Source: Candidatus Latescibacterota bacterium (GTDB lineage Bacteria > Latescibacterota > CBDEFO01). From it: a stretch of DNA of 64,000 nucleotides. The translations under genes were made by a program, and so were the position numbers. Location of the stretch: assembly GCA_965237525.1 (NCBI GenBank), contig CBDEFO010000007.1, positions 52,796 through 116,795 on the forward strand. The letters are read 5' to 3'. The notes below the pieces were generated by a model. That model saw nothing but the letters and a program-made list of their open reading frames with translations. It was not told the DNA's origin and did no database searches. Positions 23,601-33,473 of this stretch are shown here, piece by piece (within the stretch, counting starts at the first letter, position 1; each line of letters begins with the position of its first letter).

Positions 23601-24701
23601 GATCAAGGGAAGGGGAAGTTCTTCTTCCTCCCAAGGGCCGCAGGGGAGCACTTTTACGTCGGCGGCCCCAAAGAATCTCCTCTGGTCAGGGGAAGGCTGG
23701 AGGGGAAAAATGGCGAGTTTACGTATCCCTTCCTCGAACCTGAATCCGAAAGTCCCATTTTCGATTTCGTCGAAATCGTAAACTGGGACATGCTGGCAGT
23801 AGCCAAAAACGGCGTCGAATATTTCAGAGAAATTCCATCCCTCGTCCGCGGAGTCCAAGCAGGGCGAGCAAGGGCCCGTATACAGGAGGGAAGCTACCTG
23901 GATTTTCAAGGGATCGACCAAGACGGTTCGTTCTATGTGACAGGGAAGGTAAGTTCGGTCAAAGGAACCATCAGCCTTTTAGATACCGAGTTTAATCTCT
24001 CAGAAGAGACAGGGGCAGAAGTGGATACTAAATACGGTGAGTATGCACGGTTCTACGGCAAGGCTTCAACCACCGTCTATGACGACTCGACAGGAGTCCC
24101 TACCCAGATATATTTGGAACTCTACGCCCTGGACCAATACACCAGGACAGAACTGGATAAGGCTCATTGGGAAGATTTTCGCTTCAAGCTCACATCGTTA
24201 GACCCTGCTGATGACTCCCAGGAGAAGATATTGGCCCAATTAGGATACGTCAGCGGAAATTACGACAAAAAGGCGATAGACGCTATGGCGATGATGAGCG
24301 ACACCATCTTCAGGAGACACATAGCCCATCCAGTAGAAAGGGGCTTAAGGTCGTCGCTGGGAATAGATGTGTTAAGAATAAGACCCCTTTTGGCATCAAA
24401 TCTGTTCGGGAAAGAAGAAGGAATCTTTAAAGGAGCACAGAATGTGGGAACGTGGAGGTTCCTCCGAGGGAGCAGACTCACAGTGGGAGAATACCTGGGA
24501 GACCGCTGGTTCCTGTCCTACACGGGATTACTGGATACAGGCGCCGATAGCCTGCAAAGAGACGCTTTAGGCATCAAGCACAGCTTAGGTTTAGAATATC
24601 TGATAAAGGCCAGAACCAGATTAGAGCTTAAATATTACTACGACGATATTGTCCGGGAAAACGACAGACGGCTAAATATAAGGCACGAGTTCGATTTTTA
24701 G
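20619..24701 (+). CDS. TamB/AsmA-like translocation and assembly protein
   Basis: 1360 aa, N-terminal TM anchor, beta-rich repeats, aromatic C-terminus, directly upstream of bamA. Confidence 0.7.
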   Translation: MKIKKKILLWGLSVLCLVVIFFVSFLYYGWGFINLEEKVNSFIVERVSPLVGGTLYVKSYRLGLGSIVLYDVKAELYNFKSSLQIEKVVVKYDLIHAMLHSFNFEEGLREIVLNRPQLTLQLAADESQVQSEDLSSVGSPDLGLKVKIVQGSLALVGPLNAVRSSPLKEIKGTVDIDSNGRATIDLEGMTPNGGGAKLDGWIELMGNGYDLQASVDSSDISGTWVEAFTEDIYDQAGQIGFRCRLSRSAEAGGKPFLYGEGQISNLSAMVKPIRQRIDSLNVSWKVEGDSLVIKEAEGLLWNTRLNASGNLKLSGDQETDMEFRFADVDLEKMVALLAPQEEKIICGRGTSLIRVDGPLKDPRVVGKFKAESAYLKKDIEIYDLNIDFRVKEQSIVIDDIKTSLGKSRLWGFGSIALKDDEKGQISIALKSDDFNAEDGISFFGWEDVKGKGSLNFELSGDISNLRWSLRYVPQVLTIGGIDLPAQTNNVDYNGKDIHFESSGKAWKIVGVLSDPFGQTPRLDADLEIDELLTRVKEIGGENVEGEIKLKGALSSIEARGQLNLWTGDRDDGRLYVQGRFYDLFKDTRRIEVKVDAAGLRVYEGKIDLTSQVSEEIDKIQLDIGTKDKKVHFVGSVDRREGESITGELSIGDFPTSDLLGFLGFEDTPLEGQIDGRALISGRIDSLQVMGALEISDARINNADSIKAVVDLDWDNDVLNIHNYFLFQNEKMIFSGRGNWRNAGNFDLRAKSEEMDLSTLLALLGASKVEASGAVKLDANFISREDTSAAKVEFSGEGGHIFGVPFDRMAALLRGDLARLEIHDFKIEKDEKYRVSIAGELPFIRAKEDREKLLNVNVEAAGDLLSFAFRSAFIEEASGNASASFRIGGQWKEPYIEQAEISFSGGQLKPSTFVRQVDDLKGRLVLEPGSNFLIMQGISGRVGSDMIFVKNVQAALAKGQNIPHFVIKSLGDLNLGVLIIETSKDGIEINIPPLMDQGKGKFFFLPRAAGEHFYVGGPKESPLVRGRLEGKNGEFTYPFLEPESESPIFDFVEIVNWDMLAVAKNGVEYFREIPSLVRGVQAGRARARIQEGSYLDFQGIDQDGSFYVTGKVSSVKGTISLLDTEFNLSEETGAEVDTKYGEYARFYGKASTTVYDDSTGVPTQIYLELYALDQYTRTELDKAHWEDFRFKLTSLDPADDSQEKILAQLGYVSGNYDKKAIDAMAMMSDTIFRRHIAHPVERGLRSSLGIDVLRIRPLLASNLFGKEEGIFKGAQNVGTWRFLRGSRLTVGEYLGDRWFLSYTGLLDTGADSLQRDALGIKHSLGLEYLIKARTRLELKYYYDDIVRENDRRLNIRHEFDF

Positions 24702-24761
24702 GCATTTTCAGTTTTTCCCGCCTCCTATTTCAAAGACGGAGTATGCGAAAGCGAGGCTTGT

Positions 24762-27068
24762 ATGAAGGGCCGGATACTTATATTTACAATATCAATGATC
24801 TTGATCACAGAGATCTTTTTTCCTTCCCTATCTCTATCTCAGTTAGGGTCTACAAGAATCTCTAAGATCAGCGTTGAGGGCAACGTCCGCTCAAACGAAT
24901 CTTTAATTGTGAGCGCATCGGGACTACGGCATGGGCAGTATGTTACGCGTGAGGATATCCGGGACGCGATACGGGATCTCTACGCTTTGGGCCTCTTCCA
25001 CGATATAAAGGTCCTTAAAGAGGAAGATGAAAACGGAGAAACGGTGCTGACGTTAGAAGTAAAAGAATATCCAGCGCTCAAGGAGCTCAGGTTCGAGGGG
25101 AACGATAAGATAAAGGATAAGGACCTAGAAAAGACCGTAGGGTTTATAAAGGAACAGGTTATAAGCCCCAAGGATTTAAAGGACGCCGAAATAAAGATAA
25201 GATCAATGTATGAGGATAAGGGATACCTCCTGGCAGAAGTAGATCATAATCTATTCAAGTCGGGCGAACTCGGAGAGATTATACTCGGCTTCAATATCCG
25301 CGAAGGGGTCAAGGTGCAGGTCAAAAGGATAGGGATATTTGGGAATGAGAAAATTAACGATTCTGACATTAGCAAGCAGATGGAGATCAAAGAGGACAGA
25401 TGGTGGAGGGGAGGCGACTTCAAAAGGGATGTGTACAGAGAAGACCTCAGGAAGATAGAGATCTTTTACAGGAGCAATGGCTACAGGGACGCTGAGATAC
25501 TGCGTGACAGCCTCTACTATGATGGGACTAGGGAGGGCCTGTACATAGATATTTACGTCCAGGAGGGGACACTATACCGATTCGGAGAGGTCACGTGGGA
25601 GGGGAATACATTTATCAGCAACGATGAGATCTCAAAGCAGGTGGTTGCAAAAAGAGGACAGTCTTACGAGGAGTTTAAATACCTGATGACGCGCCAGAAC
25701 ATATCCTCAGCGTATCAGGAGACCGGCTATCTCAACATCAGAGTTATCCCCGAAATTGTAGATCTGGAAGGAAAGGTAAACATACACTTTAAGATCCTGG
25801 AAGGCAATCCTTCAAGGGTTAAAATCGTCAAGATTAAAGGGAATACCAAGACGAAAGAAAAGGTAATACGAAGAGAACTCTCCGTCAAGCCAGGACAGGT
25901 CTTTAGACGTTCAGAACTGGAGAGGAGCGTACGGGACATATATATCCTCGGATACTTCAAAAACGTTGAGCCCAAGCACGAAGTATTAGAAAACGGGGAC
26001 GTAAACATAGAGTTTGACGTGGAGGAAAGGCACACAGGGACGGCGTCCATGGGTGCGGGATTCAGCGAAAGAGATAGACTTGTGGGAACCATAGGTCTAT
26101 CGGTACCCAACTTTCTGGGCAACGGTCAAAAGCTCGACTTCAACTGGGATTTCGGAACCAGAAGAGAACTTCTAAGGATAGGATTTACAGAGCCGTGGCT
26201 CTTTGACACGCCTACCTCAGGATCGTTTAACATATTCAAGAGCAAAAGCCAGTTCTTCAGCAACGGTACAGATGAATTCGATCTGAAGCGGCAGGGTGTC
26301 TCGGTGTCGATGGGCAGGAAACTCGGATGGCCCGATAGCTTCTCAAGGGGCGTGATAAGATACAGGTTCGAGGAAGAAAGGTTCGGTAATTTCTCAGCGG
26401 AATACACAGGGACCTTTAAAGATAGAAAACCTACCAAAACGGCTACCTTGAGCGCAACTTATATCAGGGACAGCCGCGATCTTCCCCTCTTTCCCACAAA
26501 GGGCTCTATAGTCTCGTACACTCCGGAGTTTGGAGGCGAGTTCCTCGGTGGCGACGCCGATTACTACAAGCATTTTTTAGATGGCAATTTCTTCTTTGGC
26601 ACACTCTGGAAGTTCGTGCTAAACGTCAGAACAAGGGTCGGGTTCGTCAAGACATTTGCGGACGACATAGATAACATCCCGTTTACCGAGAAGTTTACAC
26701 CGGGAGGAATTGACATAGTAGATGGCATGATCAGGGGCTACTCCGACAGATCTGTGGGACCAAGAGAGGACGGATTTAGACAGGGAGGTAATTCGATGTT
26801 GATCTTCAACATAGAATATCGGTTCCCCGTAGTCGATCAGCAGATGTACGGGATATTCTTCGCCGACGCTGGAAACGCCTGGAAACATCCTTCTGATCTG
26901 GACATTGGAAGCCTCAAACGTTCCGCAGGCTTCGGCATAAGGTTCATGGCTCCCATAATAGGCTTGATCGGATTCGACTTTGCCTACGGATTCGACAGGG
27001 AAGAAGTGGACGGTGCGCTGCCCGAGTGGAAGACACACTTCCAGTTTGGTCCACAACTGCAGTATTAG
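24762..27068 (+). CDS. bamA: Outer membrane protein assembly factor BamA
   Basis: POTRA repeats (GNTKTKEKVIRREL), NFLGNGQ, IRGY motif, C-terminal HFQFG. Confidence 0.93.
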   Translation: MKGRILIFTISMILITEIFFPSLSLSQLGSTRISKISVEGNVRSNESLIVSASGLRHGQYVTREDIRDAIRDLYALGLFHDIKVLKEEDENGETVLTLEVKEYPALKELRFEGNDKIKDKDLEKTVGFIKEQVISPKDLKDAEIKIRSMYEDKGYLLAEVDHNLFKSGELGEIILGFNIREGVKVQVKRIGIFGNEKINDSDISKQMEIKEDRWWRGGDFKRDVYREDLRKIEIFYRSNGYRDAEILRDSLYYDGTREGLYIDIYVQEGTLYRFGEVTWEGNTFISNDEISKQVVAKRGQSYEEFKYLMTRQNISSAYQETGYLNIRVIPEIVDLEGKVNIHFKILEGNPSRVKIVKIKGNTKTKEKVIRRELSVKPGQVFRRSELERSVRDIYILGYFKNVEPKHEVLENGDVNIEFDVEERHTGTASMGAGFSERDRLVGTIGLSVPNFLGNGQKLDFNWDFGTRRELLRIGFTEPWLFDTPTSGSFNIFKSKSQFFSNGTDEFDLKRQGVSVSMGRKLGWPDSFSRGVIRYRFEEERFGNFSAEYTGTFKDRKPTKTATLSATYIRDSRDLPLFPTKGSIVSYTPEFGGEFLGGDADYYKHFLDGNFFFGTLWKFVLNVRTRVGFVKTFADDIDNIPFTEKFTPGGIDIVDGMIRGYSDRSVGPREDGFRQGGNSMLIFNIEYRFPVVDQQMYGIFFADAGNAWKHPSDLDIGSLKRSAGFGIRFMAPIIGLIGFDFAYGFDREEVDGALPEWKTHFQFGPQLQY

Positions 27069-27200
27069 AAAATAGTGCTGTCTGGGATGGATGGATGAAG
27101 TGGCGGCAACAAACCACGAAGTGATCTGACGACATAACACACCTTTTTCGCAAGACAATTCCTCAATGCTTTTGGGGACCCCCTCAAGGAGAGAATCGCT

Positions 27201-27770
27201 ATGCGTTCCAAAGTTCTTTTAAAAAGGTCTATCTTTACCACCGCTGTGGCGTCTACCGTTGTTCTGTTCTGGGCTGTTTTCTCCCATGCCGCTGATCTGA
27301 AGGTTGCCTACATCAACTCGGAGCGCATACTCTCAGACTATAAGGCCCTTGCTGAAGTTCAGCAAGAACTGGACAGATACAAGGATCAGTGGGAGAAAGA
27401 GGCCGAAAAGAAGCAGAGGGAGTTAGAACGTCTCAAGGAGGAATATGAGGTACAGCGGTTGCTTATGAGCGAGGAGAAGAGAAAAGAGCTTGAAAGGGAT
27501 GGGGAGGCTAAGGCCCAGGCCCTTCAGAAGTTCGTGGATGAGTTCCTCTCCCCAGGGGGGAAGTATGCTCAAAAGAACATAGAGCTCTCCAAGCCGATCT
27601 ACGATGAGATAAACTCCTTAATAAAGAATATAGGGGAAGAGGAGGACTACGACTTTATCTTCGACTCACCGGGCCTGCTCTTCGCAAAACCCCAATATGA
27701 CATAACCGACCGGATATTAGAGGAACTGGACAAAGAGATCCCCACGTCCAAGGAGTCCCAATCAGAATAG
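27201..27770 (+). CDS. skp: Skp/OmpH periplasmic chaperone
   Basis: Signal peptide, KVAYIN, coiled coil, YDFIFD...DITD. Confidence 0.88.
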   Translation: MRSKVLLKRSIFTTAVASTVVLFWAVFSHAADLKVAYINSERILSDYKALAEVQQELDRYKDQWEKEAEKKQRELERLKEEYEVQRLLMSEEKRKELERDGEAKAQALQKFVDEFLSPGGKYAQKNIELSKPIYDEINSLIKNIGEEEDYDFIFDSPGLLFAKPQYDITDRILEELDKEIPTSKESQSE

Positions 27771-27792
27771 GACTTAAAAATCGTCTTAGCCC

Positions 27793-28875
27793 ATGCAAAT
27801 GAGATTAGACCAAATCGTCAGCCTGGTCGGGGGAGAGATCCTGGGAGATGGCGGCACACTAATATCGGGAGTCGCGGGCATAGATGACGCCGAACAAGGC
27901 GATATTACCTTCCTTTCCAATCCCCAATATCGCCGTTATCTCAAATCCACAAAGGCCTCTGCCTTGATCCTCCCGTCCACATCTTCTTCCCCGATTGAAT
28001 CTATCGGGGATAGCCCCCATAAAGATGAAGATTCCATTTCTATCCCCGTTATCCTTTCTGAAAACCCCTATTACTGCTTCGCCCAGGTTATGCGACTCTT
28101 CCACACACAGGAGGATGAATATCCCAAGGAGATACACCTCACTGCTCAAGTGGCCAAGACCGCCCAGATCGGCGCTGGTATATATATAGGTCCTCACGTC
28201 TGTGTGGAAGAGGGAGCAAAGATCGAAGATGGAGTTAGAATCTGTGCAAATTCCATCATAGGAAAAAACTGCAAAATAGGCCAGGGGACTCTGATATATC
28301 CAAACGTGACGATCTACAAGGAAATACAGATCGGAAAGGACGTGATAATACACTCCGGAGCTGTTATAGGGAGCGACGGTTTCGGGTTTGCCCCGGATAA
28401 TGGCAAATATCACAAGGTCCCGCAGGTAGGTACTGTGATCATCGAAGATGACGCTGAGATAGGAGCTAATACCACGATAGATCGTGCAACAATGGGCGTT
28501 ACACGGATAGGAAAAGGAACCAAGATCGACAACCTGGTTCAGATAGCCCACAATGTGGAGATAGCTGCGGACACCGTTATTGCCGCCCAGGCAGGGGTTT
28601 CTGGGAGTACAAAGATCGGGAGAAAGTGCCAGATTGGTGGCCAAGTTGGCTTCGTAGGTCATATTGAATTGGGAGACGAATCGATAGTAGGTGCGCAATC
28701 GGGAATAGCCAAATCGTTCCCCGAAAAGTCGTTCATAACAGGAAGTCCCGCAAGATCAATAGAAATAGTCAGAAAGACAGAGGCCTATCAGAGCAAGATC
28801 CCCGACCTTTTAAAGAGAGTCAAGCAGTTGGAAAAACAGATGGAAGAACTCAAAGAGGAGTTGAGGGACGGATAA
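27793..28875 (+). CDS. lpxD: UDP-3-O-acylglucosamine N-acyltransferase
   Basis: [27 protein letters not shown], hexapeptide repeats. Confidence 0.95.
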   Translation: MQMRLDQIVSLVGGEILGDGGTLISGVAGIDDAEQGDITFLSNPQYRRYLKSTKASALILPSTSSSPIESIGDSPHKDEDSISIPVILSENPYYCFAQVMRLFHTQEDEYPKEIHLTAQVAKTAQIGAGIYIGPHVCVEEGAKIEDGVRICANSIIGKNCKIGQGTLIYPNVTIYKEIQIGKDVIIHSGAVIGSDGFGFAPDNGKYHKVPQVGTVIIEDDAEIGANTTIDRATMGVTRIGKGTKIDNLVQIAHNVEIAADTVIAAQAGVSGSTKIGRKCQIGGQVGFVGHIELGDESIVGAQSGIAKSFPEKSFITGSPARSIEIVRKTEAYQSKIPDLLKRVKQLEKQMEELKEELRDG

Positions 28876-28876
28876 G

Positions 28877-30286
28877 ATGCTCAAGAATCAGCGCACTATA
28901 GCAAAAGAGGTATCGTGCTCTGGCACGGGTCTGCACACCGGCTCGGAAGTCAAGGCTACGTTTAAACCGTCAGGAATCAATACAGGTGTGACGTTTGTGC
29001 GCACAGATCTTCCTATGAATCCCGAGATTCCAGCGGATATAGACCACGTAGTAGATACATCAAGGGGGACAACCATAGGAATTGACAACGCCAAAGTTCA
29101 CACAGTAGAGCACCTCCTGGCCGCTCTGGCAGGATTGGGAATAGACAACGTCACAGTAGAGATAAGTTCCAGCGAGCCCCCGGTCGGCGACGGCAGCGCG
29201 ATGATCTTTGTTGAGTCCCTGCAGAAGGCAGGATTTGTGGAGCAGGACTCTCCTAAAGACTACATCATCATAGAGGAGATGATCAGATACTCCGAGCCCG
29301 ATGGCGGTCCCGAATTGGTGGTTTTACCCTCAGACGACTTCAAGGTCACCTTTATGAGCGCTCCTGACACGCCGGCTGTAGAAGCCCAATATACAGGTAT
29401 GTTCTCACTGGAGGACGAGTTCATAGTGGACTACGCACCGGCGCGCACCTTTTGTCTGTTGAGTGAACTTAAGACCCTAAGAGAGCAAAACCTCATCAGG
29501 GGAGGTAGCCTCTCTAACGCCCTTGTCATCGCGGATGTCACTAGTAGTGAGGAGGAACTCGACGAACTCAAGGATCTTTTTGGAATTACCGAGCAAGTAA
29601 CGGTGGGCCAGAACGGTCTCATCAACGGAGTGGAACTTCGCTTCCCCAACGAATTCTGTCGCCACAAAGTCCTCGACCTTACGGGAGACCTCTTTCTTTT
29701 GGGTGCTCCTATCCGGGGGCACGTCATGGCGGTCAGCTCAGGGCACAGGTCGAACATAGAATTTGCTACAATGATCAGAAAAATCTATGAGAAAAGAAAG
29801 ATAGCCAAAGAGTACGACCACGCCAAGAGCGACAAATTCCTCTTCGACATAAGAGCCATCCGAAAGATTATGCCTCATCGCTATCCCTTCCTCATGATCG
29901 ACAGAATAATATATATGCTCCCAGGGGAAAAGGTGGTGGGTATAAAGAACGTCACGATCAACGAACAGTTCTTCACAGGACACTTCCCGACCGATCCTGT
30001 TATGCCAGCTGTCCTTCAGATAGAGGCTATGGCTCAAGTGGGGGGCATATTATTCCTGAGCACAGTGGACGATCCCGAAAAGAAACTGGTCTATTTCTTG
30101 GGAGTCGATAAGGCTAAGTTCAGAAAGCCTGTAGTTCCGGGAGATCAAATTCGCTTTGAGCTAGACATGATCAGGCTTCGGCGCACAACCTGCAAGATGC
30201 AGGGCAAAGCCTGTGTGGACGGAGATTTAGTAGCTGAAGCCGAGCTTACGGCAATGCTCGTGGATAAAGAAAATCCTCCTCACTGA
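28877..30286 (+). CDS. lpxC: Bifunctional LpxC deacetylase / FabZ dehydratase
   Basis: GTGLHTG, TVEHL, HKVLD (LpxC); PHRYPFL, GHFP..PVMP..LQIEAMAQ (FabZ). Confidence 0.95.
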   Translation: MLKNQRTIAKEVSCSGTGLHTGSEVKATFKPSGINTGVTFVRTDLPMNPEIPADIDHVVDTSRGTTIGIDNAKVHTVEHLLAALAGLGIDNVTVEISSSEPPVGDGSAMIFVESLQKAGFVEQDSPKDYIIIEEMIRYSEPDGGPELVVLPSDDFKVTFMSAPDTPAVEAQYTGMFSLEDEFIVDYAPARTFCLLSELKTLREQNLIRGGSLSNALVIADVTSSEEELDELKDLFGITEQVTVGQNGLINGVELRFPNEFCRHKVLDLTGDLFLLGAPIRGHVMAVSSGHRSNIEFATMIRKIYEKRKIAKEYDHAKSDKFLFDIRAIRKIMPHRYPFLMIDRIIYMLPGEKVVGIKNVTINEQFFTGHFPTDPVMPAVLQIEAMAQVGGILFLSTVDDPEKKLVYFLGVDKAKFRKPVVPGDQIRFELDMIRLRRTTCKMQGKACVDGDLVAEAELTAMLVDKENPPH

Positions 30287-30374
30287 ACCTCCCTATTGCC
30301 CTGATTCATCCTACCGCTTATCGTAAAGGCGGGGTAACCCCGTCCTCCACTTGATTCATCATCAGAGGCGAGAA

Positions 30375-31166
30375 TTGGAAATACACAAGTTTGCCCAATT
30401 AAGCCCCCAAGCCCAGTTGGACCAGGATGTCTCTATAGGTCCCTTCTCCCTGATCGAAGCGGGAGTAACCATAGGATCAGGGACTAATATAGGCTCGAAT
30501 GTTCTGATAGCCAAAGGCTCCATAATAGGCCGGGATTGTTCCATCCATCACGGCGCTGTAGTAGGTTCTGTACCCCAGGATTTGAAATTTCACGGCGAAG
30601 AGACGACGCTGGAAATGGGAGACAGGACGGTTATAAGAGAATACGCCACACTAAACCGCGGGACGTCGCACCGGATGAAGACCAGAATTGGGAGTGATTG
30701 CCTCCTAATGGCGTACGTCCATGTGGCTCACGACTGCATAATCAAAGACAACGTCGTCATTTCTAACTGCACGCAGATGGCAGGTCACGTGACTGTGGAA
30801 GACTATGTCAGGCTGTCGGGATGCGTGCTGATTCAACAATTCAGCAGGATAGGACAACATAGCTTCGTATCCGGGGGGTGCCGCATAACTAAGGATGTGC
30901 CACCGTTCATAAAAGCCTCCGGAGATCCGCCAAGTCCCGTCGGACTCAACGTCGGCAAGGGACAGACCGGTCCTGTGGGATTGGAAATGCACGGTATATC
31001 GAAGGAGGCTGTAGAGATTTTGAAGAAAGCATACAAGATCATCTTCAGGTCTGATATGAACACGACGCAGGCTATAGAGACAGTGAAAGCAGAGATCGAA
31101 CAGACAGAAGAGGTGAAGGCTCTTATAGAGTTTATAGAAAGCAGCGAAAGAGGAATAATAAAATAG
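30375..31166 (+). CDS. lpxA: UDP-N-acetylglucosamine O-acyltransferase
   Basis: PQDLKF, HVAHDC, AGHV, KDVPP, ERGII; probable TTG start at 30375. Confidence 0.93.
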   Translation: MEIHKFAQLSPQAQLDQDVSIGPFSLIEAGVTIGSGTNIGSNVLIAKGSIIGRDCSIHHGAVVGSVPQDLKFHGEETTLEMGDRTVIREYATLNRGTSHRMKTRIGSDCLLMAYVHVAHDCIIKDNVVISNCTQMAGHVTVEDYVRLSGCVLIQQFSRIGQHSFVSGGCRITKDVPPFIKASGDPPSPVGLNVGKGQTGPVGLEMHGISKEAVEILKKAYKIIFRSDMNTTQAIETVKAEIEQTEEVKALIEFIESSERGIIK

Positions 31167-31224
31167 TAAACAGGGTATCCTCTCTCATCCGCGTATGCTA
31201 TCTACTTGCTCTGGAGGTGCTAAG

Positions 31225-32049
31225 ATGAGCCGGTTAAGAGTTGTCAGCCAAGAGAGAAAAAGAGAAATAGAAAGAAGAATCGATACGGAAAGACTCTTTG
31301 CGGTTATCGGCACTACAGGCAATATAACAGATCAGGTCGCAGGGATCGCCGATGGACTCTATGAGGGGGGAGTTTCAACTTCTGAGATCACCTGCAGAGC
31401 CGCAACGTGGTTGAATCACTTGGAAGCCCTTCAAAACTATAAGGATACAAAAAATCCTGACGTAATAGTCGCTGTCGGGACAAACACGGATATTTTTTCG
31501 GTCCACCAGGCGATGCAAAACGGAGCAGAAGTGATTGTAGCTTCCCACGGACTTATGCCATATTCAAATCGCGCCGCCGTACCTCCCGAAAGGAGATCTC
31601 ATCTAACCGATCTGGAGACGTTCATTCAGAATCACGAGGAGGAGATCAAAGGGCTATACAAAGAGGAATTGGGAGAAGTTGACGCTTACGCCCTGATGAT
31701 GGACCCGATAATGTACGTCAGCACGCGCGGGGGCATTATCATACCTGCTTCGAGCCACGCTCCGGACGGGCTGAAAGCCGTGAAGATGCGCGGTGCGAAC
31801 TACCAGAAGTTGTATCCGACTCAGAGATACACGCCAGCTGAACTTGCCGAGACGTTCAAGGCGGTGACTCCGTTCGACAACTTAAGAGTCGTACTGACAG
31901 GCGGGCTGGATAAGGACAACATGGTGCCCTGGCTTAAAGTCCCCTACGTCATAGCAGCAGGTATGAGCTATCTGGCGAAGGGGACCCCAAGAGAGATTAG
32001 GGAAAAAGCGAAAAGCTCAAGAGAGATAGTAAAATCTTTAGAGGAATAG
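31225..32049 (+). CDS. KDPG/KHG aldolase-like protein with a large insertion
   Basis: EITCR, VGT, Schiff-base Lys in KLYP, TGG; RBS GGAGGTG before ATG 31225; convergent with KDG kinase. Confidence 0.7.
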   Translation: MSRLRVVSQERKREIERRIDTERLFAVIGTTGNITDQVAGIADGLYEGGVSTSEITCRAATWLNHLEALQNYKDTKNPDVIVAVGTNTDIFSVHQAMQNGAEVIVASHGLMPYSNRAAVPPERRSHLTDLETFIQNHEEEIKGLYKEELGEVDAYALMMDPIMYVSTRGGIIIPASSHAPDGLKAVKMRGANYQKLYPTQRYTPAELAETFKAVTPFDNLRVVLTGGLDKDNMVPWLKVPYVIAAGMSYLAKGTPREIREKAKSSREIVKSLEE

Positions 32050-32115
32050 ACCTCCAGAAGATAGTAGACAGTTGTCAGGGCCACCTCCTCCCTTCCCTGT
32101 TTGCTGTCTACTGAT

Positions 32116-33222
32116 TTATCGCCTGGCTCTTACCCCCCCTCCTTTCTGAGCGCGGGCGATTTCTTTTTCGATCTCTGTCTGTGTCACCATCGTCGTGTCC
32201 CCAGGGGTTAGTTGCACCAGAGCGCCGTGTGCCGCGCCCCACTCGACCGCCTCTTTCAGACCCTTTCCCCCAAGCAGAGCAGCAGCAGTCCCGGAGACGA
32301 AGGAATCGCCTCCGCCCGTTCGGTCTTTGATCTGGACGCCATCCCGCTGTGTTGCTTGATACAACTTCCGTCCCGATACGGAATACAAAATGGCGCCCCA
32401 GTTAATCGCATCTGCAGAGATGGCCCCACGAAGCGTGGTTCCGATTAACTTGAGATTGGGAAAATCCTCGGCCACCCTTACCACCATCTTTTCGTAGGCT
32501 TCTATCTTCAGGCTGGTGTAGTCCTGGCCCACCTCCTCTATCTCGTAGCCCAACGCCGCCTGGAAATCCTCCTCATTTCCGACGAGAAAATCTACGTACT
32601 GCACAAGTTCCCTATTGATACTTTGTGCCTTCTTCTGATCGGGCTGGAGACTCGATCTGTAGTTCAGATCAAAAGATACAAATGTGCCGGCCTCCCTTGC
32701 CGCCATTACAGCCTCCTTTGCCACCTCGGGGGCCGTATCGGATATTAGGGTATATATCCCGCCTGTATGGAACCACCGGACGCCCCTGTGGGAGAAGAGT
32801 CCACTCCAATCTACGTCTCCCCCTTTCAACTGGCGGGCTGAGGTGTGCGCCCTGTAGTACTCGGTCACCGACGGCAGCAGTCCCTTACCGCTCCAGGTGA
32901 AGTTTATGCCGTTGCACACCATTCCGATGCCGTCGAAATTCAACCAGACGATGTGGCTTGTATCTACGCCCGCTTCCCTCAGCTGAGCTTCAATATTTCG
33001 CCCTACGCCGTCGTCCACCAGAGCGGTGACCACAGATGTTCTCATGCCGAAAGAGTAGCTCAATCCTTCAGCGACGTTCAGCTCACCGCCCCCGTGCCAT
33101 GCCTTGAAAGTTCTGGACTTTCGTGTTGGAACATCCCCCGGATCCAATCTCAACATGACTTCACCGAGCGAGACCGCATCGTAGTCGCACTGTTCATCAG
33201 ATCTGATCGTCAATTCTGCCAT
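32116..33222 (-). CDS. kdgK: PfkB-family sugar kinase, 2-keto-3-deoxygluconate kinase type
   Basis: SLGEVMLRLDPG, GGGELNVA, FDLNYR, GNEEDF, DRTGGGDSF. Confidence 0.85.
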   Translation of the reverse strand: MAELTIRSDEQCDYDAVSLGEVMLRLDPGDVPTRKSRTFKAWHGGGELNVAEGLSYSFGMRTSVVTALVDDGVGRNIEAQLREAGVDTSHIVWLNFDGIGMVCNGINFTWSGKGLLPSVTEYYRAHTSARQLKGGDVDWSGLFSHRGVRWFHTGGIYTLISDTAPEVAKEAVMAAREAGTFVSFDLNYRSSLQPDQKKAQSINRELVQYVDFLVGNEEDFQAALGYEIEEVGQDYTSLKIEAYEKMVVRVAEDFPNLKLIGTTLRGAISADAINWGAILYSVSGRKLYQATQRDGVQIKDRTGGGDSFVSGTAAALLGGKGLKEAVEWGAAHGALVQLTPGDTTMVTQTEIEKEIARAQKGGGVRARR

Positions 33223-33473
33223 TTTTCATCCCTCCAAATTTCAAAGAAAAGACACTCTTGGCTTCAAGCTGCTCTAGCTTGCAAATATACGAATTTAGTT
33301 GAACAGAGTGCAAGGGGAAAATCCGTTTCAGACCAAAATGCAATCTAATTTAGGTTGGCTTCGGAATCTCTGCGTATCATAGAGGCATCTCCTCCCCTCA
33401 CTGTTAGCTGCCTGCTGGGTGAACACACGGGTCCCCTCAACTCCCTGCTCCGGAGTGGACAGGACCCGAATCT

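Noticed and set aside
28877-30286. LpxC-FabZ fusion
   Set aside because: Well known in Bacteroidota/FCB lineages; useful for taxonomy only
30300-30360. 'LIHPTA' reading upstream of lpxA resembling an LpxA start
   Set aside because: Out of frame, closed by a stop and overlapping a REP-like hairpin; lpxA has its own plausible start at 30375
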